45,705 nt of DNA, taken from NCBI GenBank assembly GCA_029932195.1, contig JAOZQN010000002.1, positions 1 to 45,705 on the forward strand, read 5' to 3'. Both the position numbers and the translations under genes were made by a program. Below, one piece after another: positions 26,880 to 36,920 of the stretch (position 1 is the stretch's first letter; the number at the start of each line of letters is the position of its first letter). Under the pieces are notes generated by a model. It was not told the origin of the DNA, searched no databases, and saw only the letters and a list, made by a program, of their open reading frames with translations. Source of the stretch: Bacteroidales bacterium. Lineage in GTDB: Bacteria; Bacteroidota; Bacteroidia; Bacteroidales; JAOZQN01.

Positions 26880-27617
26880 ATGAAAATCTCAATAATAACT
26901 GCCACCTACAACAACGAAAAAACTATTGCAGATACCTTATATGCAGTTAGTTCGCAAACTTATGCCAATATTGAACACATTATTATTGATGGAAAATCTA
27001 CCGACAATACTCTCAAAATAATTAACGAAAACAATCCTAAATTAAAAATTTTCAGCGAAAAAGATAATGGAATTTATGATGCTCTAAATAAGGGGATTAA
27101 ACATGCAACTGGTGATATTATTGGTTTTCTACATGCCGACGATATCTATGCAAATAATACAACAATTGAAAATATTGCAAAAGTTTTTGCAACAAAAAAT
27201 CCTGATTCTATTTACTCTGATTTACATTATGTTGCACAAATAGATGTGAATAAAATAATTCGTAATTGGCAATCTGGAGAATTTGAATATTTTAAGTTGA
27301 AAAAAGGTTGGATGCCACCCCACCCTACTTTTTTTGTGAAAAAAGAAATTTACAATAAATTCGGAAATTTTAACACCAACTACAAAATTGCTGCCGACTA
27401 CGATTTAATGATGAGATTTCTTGGAAAACATAAAATATCAGTTGCCTATCTACCAGAAGTTACTGTAAAGATGAGAGTTGGAGGCGAAAGTAACAAAAGC
27501 CTCAAAAATATTATCAAAAAAATGAAAGAGGACTATAAAGTTGTAAAAACTAACAAAATTGGTGGAATTTTTACTCTATTAAAAAAAAATACTTCTAAAA
27601 TTTCGCAGTTTTTCTAA
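26880..27617 (+). CDS. family 2 glycosyltransferase (WcaE-like)
   Basis: ISIITATYNNEKTI...SQTY.NIEHIIIDG.STDNT and the HADD motif are classic short GT2 features. Confidence 0.8.
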   Translation: MKISIITATYNNEKTIADTLYAVSSQTYANIEHIIIDGKSTDNTLKIINENNPKLKIFSEKDNGIYDALNKGIKHATGDIIGFLHADDIYANNTTIENIAKVFATKNPDSIYSDLHYVAQIDVNKIIRNWQSGEFEYFKLKKGWMPPHPTFFVKKEIYNKFGNFNTNYKIAADYDLMMRFLGKHKISVAYLPEVTVKMRVGGESNKSLKNIIKKMKEDYKVVKTNKIGGIFTLLKKNTSKISQFF

Positions 27618-27840
27618 CAGTTATGGTAAAATAAATAATGTAGATAAATTAAAATAATAACTTATATTAGATTTATAAAAGCGAACTTACTGTTAAAAAA
27701 TACTAAAATAAACAAACCAGCCTTCCTTTAAAACAATAATTTACAGTCTTTTAAATACACAAAAAAAATATTAAGCTTTTAAGACAATAAACAGTAGAGA
27801 CAAAAATATCTTTTTTATTTAAAATTTCATAAAAATTAAT

Positions 27841-27848
27841 TACATTTG
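27841..27848 (+). promoter_or_regulatory. -7 promoter box (TAcaTTTG) upstream of the R-M gene
   Basis: Exact TAnnTTTG match in the 384-bp AT-rich spacer, ~150 nt upstream of the ATG at 28002. Confidence 0.35.
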
Positions 27849-28001
27849 CAGATTGTAGAATTAGAAATATGATTATGTTTTCTTTATTCTATATTACTAA
27901 CAATAAAACTATTAAACATTAGTAAGGTTTAATCTAATTTGTGAAAATATATTCTAAATTTAGAAATATAGGAAAACTTAAAACATTAACACTTCCTTAT
28001 T

Positions 28002-31000
28002 ATGAAAAACATCAACCTAATAAAAAAATTGAATTTCTTGCCAAAAGAAAATTCAACAGGGATATATACTAAAACATATTCTAATTGTGGTAATTATATA
28101 ATTGAGGTAGATTTTGAAAACGAAAATTTTAATTACGGCAATTTAATTTCTTCCGAAAGCAAAACTACGCAAAATTTTTCGCAAGCAGAAAACTGGGTTG
28201 TATTTGAATGTGTTGATAGACTTCTTGAAAAAGGATACAAACCTAACGATATTACACTCGAAAAAACCTTTCCTTCTGGACACGGACATTCGGGCAGATT
28301 AGATATTTTAGTAGAAAAAGAAGGCAAAGCATTTTTGATGATAGAATGCAAAACGTATGGAAAAGAATTTGACAAAGGATTAAAAAACATACACAAAAAC
28401 GGAGGTCAGCTTTTTACTTATTTTCAGCAAGATACAAATACAGATATTCTGATGCTTTACACATCTGAGCTTCAAGATGGTAAGTTAGAATTTAAAAATG
28501 AAATTATAAAAGTTGAAGAACATTACAAAAAAGCTACTAATGTTGAAGATTTTCATGATCGCTGGAATAAAATTAGTAACCAAACAGGAATTTTCGACGA
28601 ATGGGTTTCTGCTTATCAGTTTAAAAATCAACTTTTAAGAAAAAAAGATTTAACACCAATTTCAGAAAAAGATAGTGGGTTTATTTTTCATCAATTTGCA
28701 GCCATTTTACGTAAACATTCCGTTTCAGATAAACCAAATGCGTTTAATAAAATTTTTAATCTTTTTTTAGCAAAAATATTTGATGAAAAAAAGAAAGACA
28801 ACGATGTTCTTGAATTTCAATGGAAGGAAAATGAAGATGACGATGTCGATTTTCAAGTTCGTTTAATAAACTTGCATAAAAAAGGAATGCAAGCTTTTCT
28901 ACAAAAGGAAGTAGAAGGTATTGACGATGAAGATTTCAACTATAAAACAGTAGAAAAATTAAAAGCATTACGAAAGAAAATATTAAAATTTAATAATGTT
29001 TTTGCAATAAAGGAAGTTATTGATGATGAGTCTTTTGAAGATAATGCAAAAGTTTTAAAAGAGGTTGTTGAATTACTTAAAAAATATCAAATACGCTATC
29101 CAAGACGACAGCAACATTTGAGCAATTTCTTTGAAAGACTGCTAACAACTGGTTTAAAACAAGAGTCTGGACAATTTTTTACGCCCATACCAATTGCTAA
29201 ATTTATCATAAAGTCTTTGCCCATAAAAAATACAATAGAAAAAATACTTTCGGAAAATGAAATACCAGAACTCCCTACATTTATTGATTATGCCGCAGGA
29301 AGTGGTCATTTCCTTACCGAAACAATGGAAGAAATCCAAAATATTATTGATAATACTAATACAGCAGATTTTTATCCTGATGTGCAGCAACAAGTTGAAA
29401 TTTGGAAAATACAAAAATACAACTGGGCTGCAAAATATATTTATGGTATAGAAAAAGATTACCGTTTGGTAAAAGTAGCAAAAGTTGGTTGTTATTTTTA
29501 CGGCGACGGTTTAGCACAAGTTATTCATGGCGACGGACTGGATAGTTTTTATAACTCAAATTCATACAGAGGTTTACTAAAACAACAAAAACAAAACAAC
29601 GAACTTAAAAAGTTTGATTTTATTATTTCAAACCCACCTTACTCTGTTCAAAATTTTAAGGGAGATATTAAAAATAATAATGTAAAAGATGAATTTAAAA
29701 TTTATAAATATCTAACCGATAAAAGTAAAGAAATTGAAAGCCTGTTTATTGAAAGAACAACGCAATTGCTTAAAATTGGCGGAATTGCAGGAATTGTTTT
29801 ACCAAGCAGTATATTAAGCAATGGAGGAATTTATCAAAAAGCAAGAGAACTAATTTTAATTGATTTTGAAATTATAGCCATAACAAAACTTGGTTCAAGT
29901 ACCTTTATGGCTACTGGAACAAATACCGTTGTTTTATTTTTAAAAAAGCGAAAACCACAAATTTCAGTAGATACAAAAGAGTCGGTAGATATAATTTTTG
30001 ACACACTGAAAAACAATACTGTAAATGGAATTGAAACTCCTGTAAGCAAATACCTTACACACGTTTGGGAAAGCATTAGTTTTGATGATTACAAAACATT
30101 GATACAAAAAAATGCAAACGATTCAATTACACAACACGAAATTTATCAAGATTATATAAAAAAAATAAAAGCCAAAAATACAAAAGAAAAATTACAAAAA
30201 ATTATAGATTTAGAAAAAGAGAAACTCTTTTATTTTATTCTTGCTTATCCGCAAAAGGTAGTTTTGATAAATACAGGAGATAAAAAAGCAGAAAAACAAT
30301 TTTTGGGTTACGAATTTAGCAATCGACGAGGAAGCGAAGGCATACACCCCATACAAAGGGGCAAATTAATAGAAGAATGCACACAATTATTTGATGCCAA
30401 CAAATTTGAAAACCCTGAAAAAGCAAGCACATATATTTATCAAGCGTTTAACGGAAAATTAGACTCTGAAATACCCGAGAACTTACAAAAAAATATTTCT
30501 CGCATTGATTTAGTAGATATGCTCACTTTTGACAGAGTGGATTTTGATAAAGACATTTCACTTTCTGCTAAAAAAAAAATAAAAATTGAAAGTAAATGGG
30601 AATTAGTTAGATTAGGTGAATTCATATTTGAACAAGCAAAATCTAAAATAAAAGTTGGGACTGCCAAAGACTCAATAAATGGGAATTATCTATTTTTCAC
30701 AAGTGGAGAAAATATTTTAAAATATACAGATTACTTAGTTGATAAAGAGAACATTTATTTATCAACAGGAGGAAATGCAATTGTAAAATATTATAATGGT
30801 AAAGCATCATACTCTACTGATACTTTTGCTATTAAAAGTAATAATGAATTAAAATTAAAAACAAAATTTCTATATTATTTCATAGAAAATATCATTCATT
30901 TAGTTAATGAATTTTATTTTAAAGGTGTTGGATTAAAACATTTACAAAAAACAGATCTTAGAAATATAAAAATTCCTCTACCTCCCAAAAAAATACAAGA

Positions 31001-31619
31001 AAAAATAGTTTCCGAAATTGAAGTTTTGGAAATAGAAGAAGGAAAGGCGAGAACTAAAGCAGAGAAGTTAAAAAGTGAAATTTCAGAAATAGTTGCAACT
31101 GTTTCTGAAAATGATAAAATAAAAAAGCTAAGAGAAGTATGTGAAATGAGAGCTGGTAAATTTGTTTCTGCTTCAAATATTATTGATAAAAACAACAATG
31201 AACTATACCCTTGTTATGGAGGTAATGGACTTCGAGGTTATACTGAAACATATACACATGAAGGTAATTTTTCCCTTATTGGACGGCAGGGTGCATTAAG
31301 TGGAAATATTCATTTAGTATCTGGTAAATTTCATGCAACAGAACATGCAGTAGTTGTAACTACTGTTGATGAGGTCAATGTAAATTGGTTAAATTATCAG
31401 TTAATAAAAATGAATTTGAATCAATATGCAAAAGGAACTGCACAACCTGGTCTTACAGTTTCTCATTTAAAAACTTTGTCTATTTCTGTTCCTCCTCTTC
31501 CCGAACAGCAAAAAATAGTTTCCAAAATAGAAACTATCGAAGCCAAAATTGAAAAATTAGAAAACGAAACTGCTCAAATACCAAAAGAGAAAGAAGCAAT
31601 TTTGAAAAAATACTTATAA
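28002..31619 (+). CDS. single-polypeptide restriction-modification-specificity enzyme (Type IIB/IIG-like; AloI/CjeI-type architecture)
   Basis: 1205 aa. N-terminal PD-(D/E)xK nuclease motif (GRLDILVE...FLMIECK). Gamma-class N6-adenine methyltransferase motifs (IDYAAGSGHF; IISNPPYS). Two HsdS-like target recognition domains separated by conserved helices (LPPKKIQEKIVSEIE; VPPLPEQQKIVSKIE). Confidence 0.85.
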   Translation: MKNINLIKKLNFLPKENSTGIYTKTYSNCGNYIIEVDFENENFNYGNLISSESKTTQNFSQAENWVVFECVDRLLEKGYKPNDITLEKTFPSGHGHSGRLDILVEKEGKAFLMIECKTYGKEFDKGLKNIHKNGGQLFTYFQQDTNTDILMLYTSELQDGKLEFKNEIIKVEEHYKKATNVEDFHDRWNKISNQTGIFDEWVSAYQFKNQLLRKKDLTPISEKDSGFIFHQFAAILRKHSVSDKPNAFNKIFNLFLAKIFDEKKKDNDVLEFQWKENEDDDVDFQVRLINLHKKGMQAFLQKEVEGIDDEDFNYKTVEKLKALRKKILKFNNVFAIKEVIDDESFEDNAKVLKEVVELLKKYQIRYPRRQQHLSNFFERLLTTGLKQESGQFFTPIPIAKFIIKSLPIKNTIEKILSENEIPELPTFIDYAAGSGHFLTETMEEIQNIIDNTNTADFYPDVQQQVEIWKIQKYNWAAKYIYGIEKDYRLVKVAKVGCYFYGDGLAQVIHGDGLDSFYNSNSYRGLLKQQKQNNELKKFDFIISNPPYSVQNFKGDIKNNNVKDEFKIYKYLTDKSKEIESLFIERTTQLLKIGGIAGIVLPSSILSNGGIYQKARELILIDFEIIAITKLGSSTFMATGTNTVVLFLKKRKPQISVDTKESVDIIFDTLKNNTVNGIETPVSKYLTHVWESISFDDYKTLIQKNANDSITQHEIYQDYIKKIKAKNTKEKLQKIIDLEKEKLFYFILAYPQKVVLINTGDKKAEKQFLGYEFSNRRGSEGIHPIQRGKLIEECTQLFDANKFENPEKASTYIYQAFNGKLDSEIPENLQKNISRIDLVDMLTFDRVDFDKDISLSAKKKIKIESKWELVRLGEFIFEQAKSKIKVGTAKDSINGNYLFFTSGENILKYTDYLVDKENIYLSTGGNAIVKYYNGKASYSTDTFAIKSNNELKLKTKFLYYFIENIIHLVNEFYFKGVGLKHLQKTDLRNIKIPLPPKKIQEKIVSEIEVLEIEEGKARTKAEKLKSEISEIVATVSENDKIKKLREVCEMRAGKFVSASNIIDKNNNELYPCYGGNGLRGYTETYTHEGNFSLIGRQGALSGNIHLVSGKFHATEHAVVVTTVDEVNVNWLNYQLIKMNLNQYAKGTAQPGLTVSHLKTLSISVPPLPEQQKIVSKIETIEAKIEKLENETAQIPKEKEAILKKYL

Positions 31620-31662
31620 AAACTAATAAACAACTAAACTAATAAACTAATAAACCAACATA

Positions 31663-33714
31663 ATGCCAGAAAAAGAAAAAAAACAACTCGCAAAACCTTC
31701 TGAAAATAAAAAAACAGAAAAAAAACGACCAAAACGTAAAAAAAATAGCAATTACAATATATTTTGGATATACGGAATTATCATTCTCGGAATTATAGGA
31801 CTGCAATTTTGGGATTTTGGAGGAAAACCAGAAGACATCTATTGGAACGACCTCAGCCAAAAAATCAAAAATAAAGAAATTCTAAAAATTACGGTTGTAA
31901 ACAAAGAAAAAGCAGAAATAGTTTTAAAACCAGAAGTTTTTAGAGATACTGCATACAAAAAACTTGTAGAAAAAAAGATAACTGAAAAAGGACCTCATTT
32001 TATATTTCAAATATCATCGCCAGAAGTATTTCACGAGCAACTTCAGAAAATACAAGAAGACTTGCCCGTAAGTGAAAAGATTTTTTATGCCAGCGAAAGC
32101 CGTAAAGATATTATGGGCGAGGCACTTGGATGGATAATTCCTATCGGGATTCTCGTTTTAATATGGGTTCTTATTTTTAGAAAAATGGGAGGCTCTGGAG
32201 GAATGGGTGGCGGAATTTTTAATATGGGACGCTCAAAAGCCAAAATATTTGACGACAATACTACCACAAAAAGCACATTCAAAGACGTTGCAGGACTTGA
32301 AGAAGCAAAACAAGAAATTACCGAAATTGTAGATTTTCTTAAAAATTCGGAAAAATACACAAAACTTGGTGGAAAAATTCCAAAAGGAGCATTGCTCGTA
32401 GGACCTCCGGGAACAGGTAAAACATTGCTTGCCAAAGCTGTTGCAGGCGAAGCAGAAGTGCCATTTTTCTCAATGTCGGGTTCAGATTTTGTAGAAATGT
32501 TTGTTGGTGTGGGAGCTTCACGGGTGAGAGATTTATTTGCACAAGCAAAAGCACAAGCCCCTTGCATAATTTTTATCGACGAAATTGATGCAATAGGACG
32601 TTCAAGAGGGTCTAAAAACAGTTTCAACTCAAACGACGAAAGAGAAAGCACTCTTAATCAACTCCTTACAGAGATGGACGGTTTTGAAACCAATACAGGA
32701 GTAATTATTATTGCTGCAACAAATAGAGCCGAAATTTTAGACACAGCACTCCTTCGTGCTGGTCGTTTTGACCGTCAAATTGTGCTTGACTTGCCAGATT
32801 TGAACGAAAGAGAAGAGATTTTTGAAGTTCATTTGAAACCTATTAAATCAAGTGAAAAACTCAATAAAAGATCGCTTGCACGACAAACTCCTGGATTTTC
32901 GGGAGCAGATATTGCAAACGTATGTAACGAGGCTGCACTTATAGCTGCTCGTAAAGGCAAAGAAGTTGTTGAAGGTCAGGATTTTATAGATGCTATTGAT
33001 AGAATTGTTGGTGGTTTGGAAAAAAAGAAAAAAATTATTACTCCAGAAGAGCGAAAAACAATTGCTTATCACGAAGCGGGACACGCAACTGTAAGTTGGC
33101 TTTTGGAAAATTCGCAACCGTTAATAAAAGTTACAATTGTTCCTCGTGGCAAGGCATTGGGAGCTGCATGGTATTTGCCAGAAGAACGACAACTGACAAC
33201 CGAAGAACAATTTTTAGATGAAATTTGTGCAACTCTCGGTGGACGTGCAGCAGAAGAAGTTGTTTTTAATAAAATATCATCTGGTGCGTTAAACGACTTA
33301 GAACGAGTTACTAAACAAGCATATTCTATGGTCTCATTTCTTGGAATGAGTAAAGAAGTAGGAAATCTAAGTTTCTATGATTCAAGTGGTCAAGAATTTC
33401 AGTTTAGCAAGCCATATAGCGAAAAAACAGCTGAACTTATAGACTCAGAGGTCAGAAAAATAATTGAAAAAGAATATATTAGAGCTAAAAAAACTCTTAC
33501 AAATAACATGGCTAAATTTACAGAACTCGCTGAAAGCCTACAACAAAAAGAAGTTATTTTTACCGACGATGTAGAAGAAATACTAGGAAAAAGAACTTTT
33601 AAAAATCCACATACCGAGGACGCTATAAATGGACTAAAAAAAGATAGAGAAAACATAAGAAAAGAGAATGAGAACAAACCTAAAAATAATAAAGAAAAAC
33701 CGGAAATTAGATGA
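31663..33714 (+). CDS. ftsH: ATP-dependent zinc metalloprotease FtsH
   Basis: Two N-terminal TM segments, AAA+ Walker A GPPGTGKT, Walker [12 protein letters not shown] region, and the zinc motif HEAGHA. Confidence 0.95.
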   Translation: MPEKEKKQLAKPSENKKTEKKRPKRKKNSNYNIFWIYGIIILGIIGLQFWDFGGKPEDIYWNDLSQKIKNKEILKITVVNKEKAEIVLKPEVFRDTAYKKLVEKKITEKGPHFIFQISSPEVFHEQLQKIQEDLPVSEKIFYASESRKDIMGEALGWIIPIGILVLIWVLIFRKMGGSGGMGGGIFNMGRSKAKIFDDNTTTKSTFKDVAGLEEAKQEITEIVDFLKNSEKYTKLGGKIPKGALLVGPPGTGKTLLAKAVAGEAEVPFFSMSGSDFVEMFVGVGASRVRDLFAQAKAQAPCIIFIDEIDAIGRSRGSKNSFNSNDERESTLNQLLTEMDGFETNTGVIIIAATNRAEILDTALLRAGRFDRQIVLDLPDLNEREEIFEVHLKPIKSSEKLNKRSLARQTPGFSGADIANVCNEAALIAARKGKEVVEGQDFIDAIDRIVGGLEKKKKIITPEERKTIAYHEAGHATVSWLLENSQPLIKVTIVPRGKALGAAWYLPEERQLTTEEQFLDEICATLGGRAAEEVVFNKISSGALNDLERVTKQAYSMVSFLGMSKEVGNLSFYDSSGQEFQFSKPYSEKTAELIDSEVRKIIEKEYIRAKKTLTNNMAKFTELAESLQQKEVIFTDDVEEILGKRTFKNPHTEDAINGLKKDRENIRKENENKPKNNKEKPEIR

Positions 33715-33723
33715 AAAAAGTTG

Positions 33724-33731
33724 TATCTTTG
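33724..33731 (+). promoter_or_regulatory. -7 promoter box (TAtcTTTG)
   Basis: Exact TAnnTTTG match 17 nt upstream of the ATG at 33748. Confidence 0.45.
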
Positions 33732-33747
33732 TAGAAATTAAATTATT

Positions 33748-34392
33748 ATGGAAAAAAACATAAAAATACCAGATACATCGGGTTTAACTTTTGAAAAAGT
33801 ATGGTTAATGTTTCAGGAAAGCCGAATAGAAGCAGAAAAAAGATCGCAAGAAGCAGAAAAAAGGTCAGCAGATTTGGAGAATAAGGCAAAAGAAAGGTCT
33901 CTAAAATTAGACCGTATGATGCAAGAGACCGACCGTAAAATTAAAAAACTATCTGATTTATATGGTGGAGTTAGTGAAGGAATTGGATACGTAGCTGAAG
34001 ATTATTTTTACAATGCTTTAAAATATGAAAAAAAATTGGATAATATTCAATATGATACTATTGAACGAAATAATAGTGCGTCTCGAGGAAAAATAGAGCA
34101 AGAATTTGATATAATTTTATACAATAGTAATAAAATTGCAATTGTGGAAGTAAAACAAAATTATCACCTAAAAGATGTAGATAAATTTGCAGAAAAAATA
34201 TTACCAAAATTTAGAATTTTATACCCACAATACGATAATTTTACAATAACTGGAGCTATTGCAGGCATGACAATGCAACCAGAAACAAAAGAAAGAGCAA
34301 AAGAACTTGGATTGTATATTTTAACACAAAATCAAAAAACAGACAGTATTCAATTATTAAACGAAAAGAACTTTAAACCAACATACTACTAA
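33748..34392 (+). CDS. coiled-coil + PD-(D/E)xK nuclease-fold protein (DUF3782-like architecture)
   Basis: N-terminal charged coiled coil. The C-terminal E..FDIILYN...IAIVEVK pattern fits D...E-x-K. The family assignment is from memory. Confidence 0.45.
   Translation: MEKNIKIPDTSGLTFEKVWLMFQESRIEAEKRSQEAEKRSADLENKAKERSLKLDRMMQETDRKIKKLSDLYGGVSEGIGYVAEDYFYNALKYEKKLDNIQYDTIERNNSASRGKIEQEFDIILYNSNKIAIVEVKQNYHLKDVDKFAEKILPKFRILYPQYDNFTITGAIAGMTMQPETKERAKELGLYILTQNQKTDSIQLLNEKNFKPTYY
33829..33870 (+). repeat. 21-bp in-frame tandem duplication
   Basis: gaagcagaaaaaagatcgcaa / gaagcagaaaaaaggtcagca, encoding EAEKRSQ-EAEKRSA in the coiled coil. Confidence 0.85.
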
Positions 34393-34396
34393 GTAA

Positions 34397-34960
34397 ATGT
34401 TAGAAATAGATAATACAATATTAAGTTTAAATCTTTTTGAGAAAAATTTTGTCTGTGATTTAGGCGAATGCAAAGGTGAATGCTGTATTGAGGGCGACTC
34501 TGGTGCTCCTTTAGAAAGCAATGAAGTTGATGAGGTAAAAAAAGCTTTTCCTATAATTAAAAAATATTTAGATAAAAAATACTTGGATATTATTGAAAAA
34601 GAGGGGATTTATATTGTAGATGAAGACGGCGATAATGTAACTCCTTGCTACAAAAACAACGAATGCGTATATACTATTTTTGAAGATGGCATTGCAAAAT
34701 GTGCTTTTGAAATTGCATTTAATAAAGGTGATATTGGCTTCAAAAAACCAATATCTTGTCATTTATATCCGATAAGAATTACCGAATACAAAAAATTTGA
34801 TGCAATAAATTACGAAAAACGGAAAATTTGTAAAGCCGCCAGAATTTACGGAACAAAACTTCAAGTTCCTGTTTATAAGTTCTTAAAAGAGCCACTCACT
34901 CGCAAATATGGAGAAGAATGGTATAAAAAAGTAGAAATTGCTGCAAAAGAATTATTTTAA
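34397..34960 (+). CDS. cysteine-cluster protein (DUF3109 / CxxCxxCC-like family)
   Basis: 187 aa. The N-terminal CDLGECKGECCIEGD cluster plus further conserved Cys (TPCY, NECV, AKCAFE, ISCHLYP) resembles the Bacteroidota DUF3109 family. Confidence 0.5.
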   Translation: MLEIDNTILSLNLFEKNFVCDLGECKGECCIEGDSGAPLESNEVDEVKKAFPIIKKYLDKKYLDIIEKEGIYIVDEDGDNVTPCYKNNECVYTIFEDGIAKCAFEIAFNKGDIGFKKPISCHLYPIRITEYKKFDAINYEKRKICKAARIYGTKLQVPVYKFLKEPLTRKYGEEWYKKVEIAAKELF

Positions 34961-34989
34961 AAAGCCGCTCATTAATAAAAAACATAAAA

Positions 34990-35481
34990 TTGGTTTACTC
35001 TCCCAAATATTATCTTTTTTTTATGATAATAATTCCTTTTTTTATTATCGCAACTTCTTATAACCTAGATAGTAATACCTACACAAGAAATTTTTCCAAA
35101 AATAAATTATCCGAAATAAATTCGCCGTGGAGTGGCTGGAAAAAAGCAGATTGCTACAACGGATTAATGTATAAAACCAGAATTTTAAGCATAAATAATC
35201 ACGACTGTAAGGTTCAAATAGCTTTTTATAATTTTTACTCTGATAAAATAACTGTATATTTTAGAGTTACTGAATATTACTTCAAAAAAGAAAAAATTTG
35301 TAGCAAATCGGTAGAATTAGAACCAAAAAAAATGATTAATGGTGGCGAATGGTATTTAAAAAATTGTTACCACGAAGGGATTTGTCGTTTCAAAGTCTGG
35401 ATTTGCGAAGACCAATCTACATTTACCAATAAAAAAGGTAAATTTCCACTACCTTGCGACAGAAAAATAAAAATTAAGTAG
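34990..35481 (+). CDS. hypothetical Cys-rich membrane-anchored/secreted protein
   Basis: An ORF only, with an N-terminal hydrophobic segment and a TTG start (alternative ATG at 35023). No recognisable motif. Confidence 0.3.
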   Translation: MVYSPKYYLFFMIIIPFFIIATSYNLDSNTYTRNFSKNKLSEINSPWSGWKKADCYNGLMYKTRILSINNHDCKVQIAFYNFYSDKITVYFRVTEYYFKKEKICSKSVELEPKKMINGGEWYLKNCYHEGICRFKVWICEDQSTFTNKKGKFPLPCDRKIKIK

Positions 35482-35697
35482 ATTTTTGATTTACGATTTA
35501 CGATTGGTTTACACCTTATTTTAGGCTACTTGCGTAAGATTAGAAAGCTTAGTTTTTTCACTTATAAATTATTTTTTTCATTCTTTAAGTAGCTGAACAA
35601 ATAAAAATGACACTCCTATATTTCGTATAGCCTTGGGTTGCAAGCGTCCGCAAAATTATTCATTATTCATTATTCATTGTTAATTTTTAAAAAACTT

Positions 35698-36390
35698 ATG
35701 CCTTTAATATTAAATATAGAAACATCTACAAATGTTTGCTCGGTTACTCTTGCCAAAGGCAACAAAATAATTGCAAATAAAGTTAGCTACGAAGATAAAT
35801 CTCATTCCGAATTGCTCACTGTTTTTATTGAACAAATAATTAAAGAACAAGAAATTAGCTTAAAAAATTTAGATGCCGTTGCAGTAAGTAAAGGGCCAGG
35901 TTCATATACAGGTTTGCGAATTGGAGTTTCGGCAGCCAAAGGAATTGCTTATGGAATAGACAAACCATTAATTTCGGTAAGCACCTTACAAACAATGGCT
36001 TACCATGTATTGTTGGAGCAAAAAATTGAGGGTAAAAACACTCTACTTTGTCCCATGATTGATGCCCGACGAATGGAAGTCTATAATGCTTTTTTCAATT
36101 TAGAGGGCGAGCAAGTTAGAGAAATAAAAGCAGAAATAATTGACGAAAATTCGTATAAAGATATTTTAGATAATCAAAAAATTATCTTTTTTGGAGACGG
36201 TTCGGATAAATGTAAAAATACAATTATCCATAAAAATGCCATTTTCTTAGAAAACATTACACCTTTGAGCAATTATATGATAAATTTATCCATAAAAGCG
36301 TATCAAAAACAACAATTTGAAGATATTGCATATTTTGAACCTTTTTATCTCAAAAATTTTATCGCAACAAAACCAAAGAAAATATTTTAA
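35698..36390 (+). CDS. tsaB: tRNA threonylcarbamoyladenosine (t6A) biosynthesis protein TsaB
   Basis: ILNIETSTNVCSV and VSKGPGSYTGLRIGVSAAKG are TsaB/YeaZ signatures. The start is set at the ATG at 35698, because the longer ORF extension runs through repeat-like non-coding sequence. Confidence 0.8.
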   Translation: MPLILNIETSTNVCSVTLAKGNKIIANKVSYEDKSHSELLTVFIEQIIKEQEISLKNLDAVAVSKGPGSYTGLRIGVSAAKGIAYGIDKPLISVSTLQTMAYHVLLEQKIEGKNTLLCPMIDARRMEVYNAFFNLEGEQVREIKAEIIDENSYKDILDNQKIIFFGDGSDKCKNTIIHKNAIFLENITPLSNYMINLSIKAYQKQQFEDIAYFEPFYLKNFIATKPKKIF

Positions 36391-36431
36391 TTAACCATAG
36401 ATTCACTTCAGGTGAACCGATAGTTATTTTT

Positions 36432-36920
36432 TTAGAACAACAAACTATCCAATTTGGGGACTAATAGTCTTATTTCTTGAGCAAAACTTCTCACTTCACC
36501 TTCCAAGTCTCCAAAATCTGTGCCTCCACAGTGATAAACATAGCCATAAAAGATCTTTTCGTCTCCGTTAAAATAAGAAATAGACTCCGACGTGCCACCT
36601 GTGCAACCACGATTTTGTTTATTTTTCTGATTTTTGATTTTATATTTGTCAATATTTGCAACAATGCTATCAAATTGTAAACTGTCTAACTGATAACTTG
36701 CTTTGGCTAAAATATCTCCATAACTATTTACTACAATATTTAGGCTATCTTTGTTTAGTTCAACCGTATAACTCCTATGATATGGCGGAGGCACAGAAGC
36801 ATCGCCAAAATGATATATTATTTTTGTTATTTCCACGTCGTTTTTTGTTTGGTTAATTAAAGTTACTGGACTTGCTAATAAAAAGACAATTAGCAAGTTA
36901 AAAATAAAAGCTGTTTTCAT
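36432..36920 (-). CDS. hypothetical secreted protein
   Basis: 162 aa with a signal peptide (MKTAFIFNLLIVFLLASPV). No recognisable family. One of only two convincing minus-strand genes. Confidence 0.4.
   Translation of the reverse strand: MKTAFIFNLLIVFLLASPVTLINQTKNDVEITKIIYHFGDASVPPPYHRSYTVELNKDSLNIVVNSYGDILAKASYQLDSLQFDSIVANIDKYKIKNQKNKQNRGCTGGTSESISYFNGDEKIFYGYVYHCGGTDFGDLEGEVRSFAQEIRLLVPKLDSLLF

Noticed and set aside
30570-30579. A10 homopolymer inside the R-M gene, at the methylase/TRD1 junction, as a possible phase-variation switch
   Set aside because: Long A/T runs are common throughout this AT-rich window (for example A13 at 5373..5385), and the tract encodes an ordinary KKK linker. 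Without population data there is no evidence of length variation.
32085-32651. 188-aa minus-strand ORF inside ftsH, and similar antisense ORFs inside dsbD (1189..2231), the R-M gene and the hydratase (39724..40125)
   Set aside because: These are shadow ORFs opposite strongly supported genes. They are low-complexity translations with no recognisable domains.
33748-35481. PD-(D/E)xK protein + Cys-cluster protein + small Cys-rich protein as a defence operon next to the R-M gene
   Set aside because: ftsH separates them from the R-M gene. The first two belong to widespread conserved-hypothetical families, as far as I recall, and nothing else in the sequence (ATPase, helicase, toxin domains) supports a defence function.
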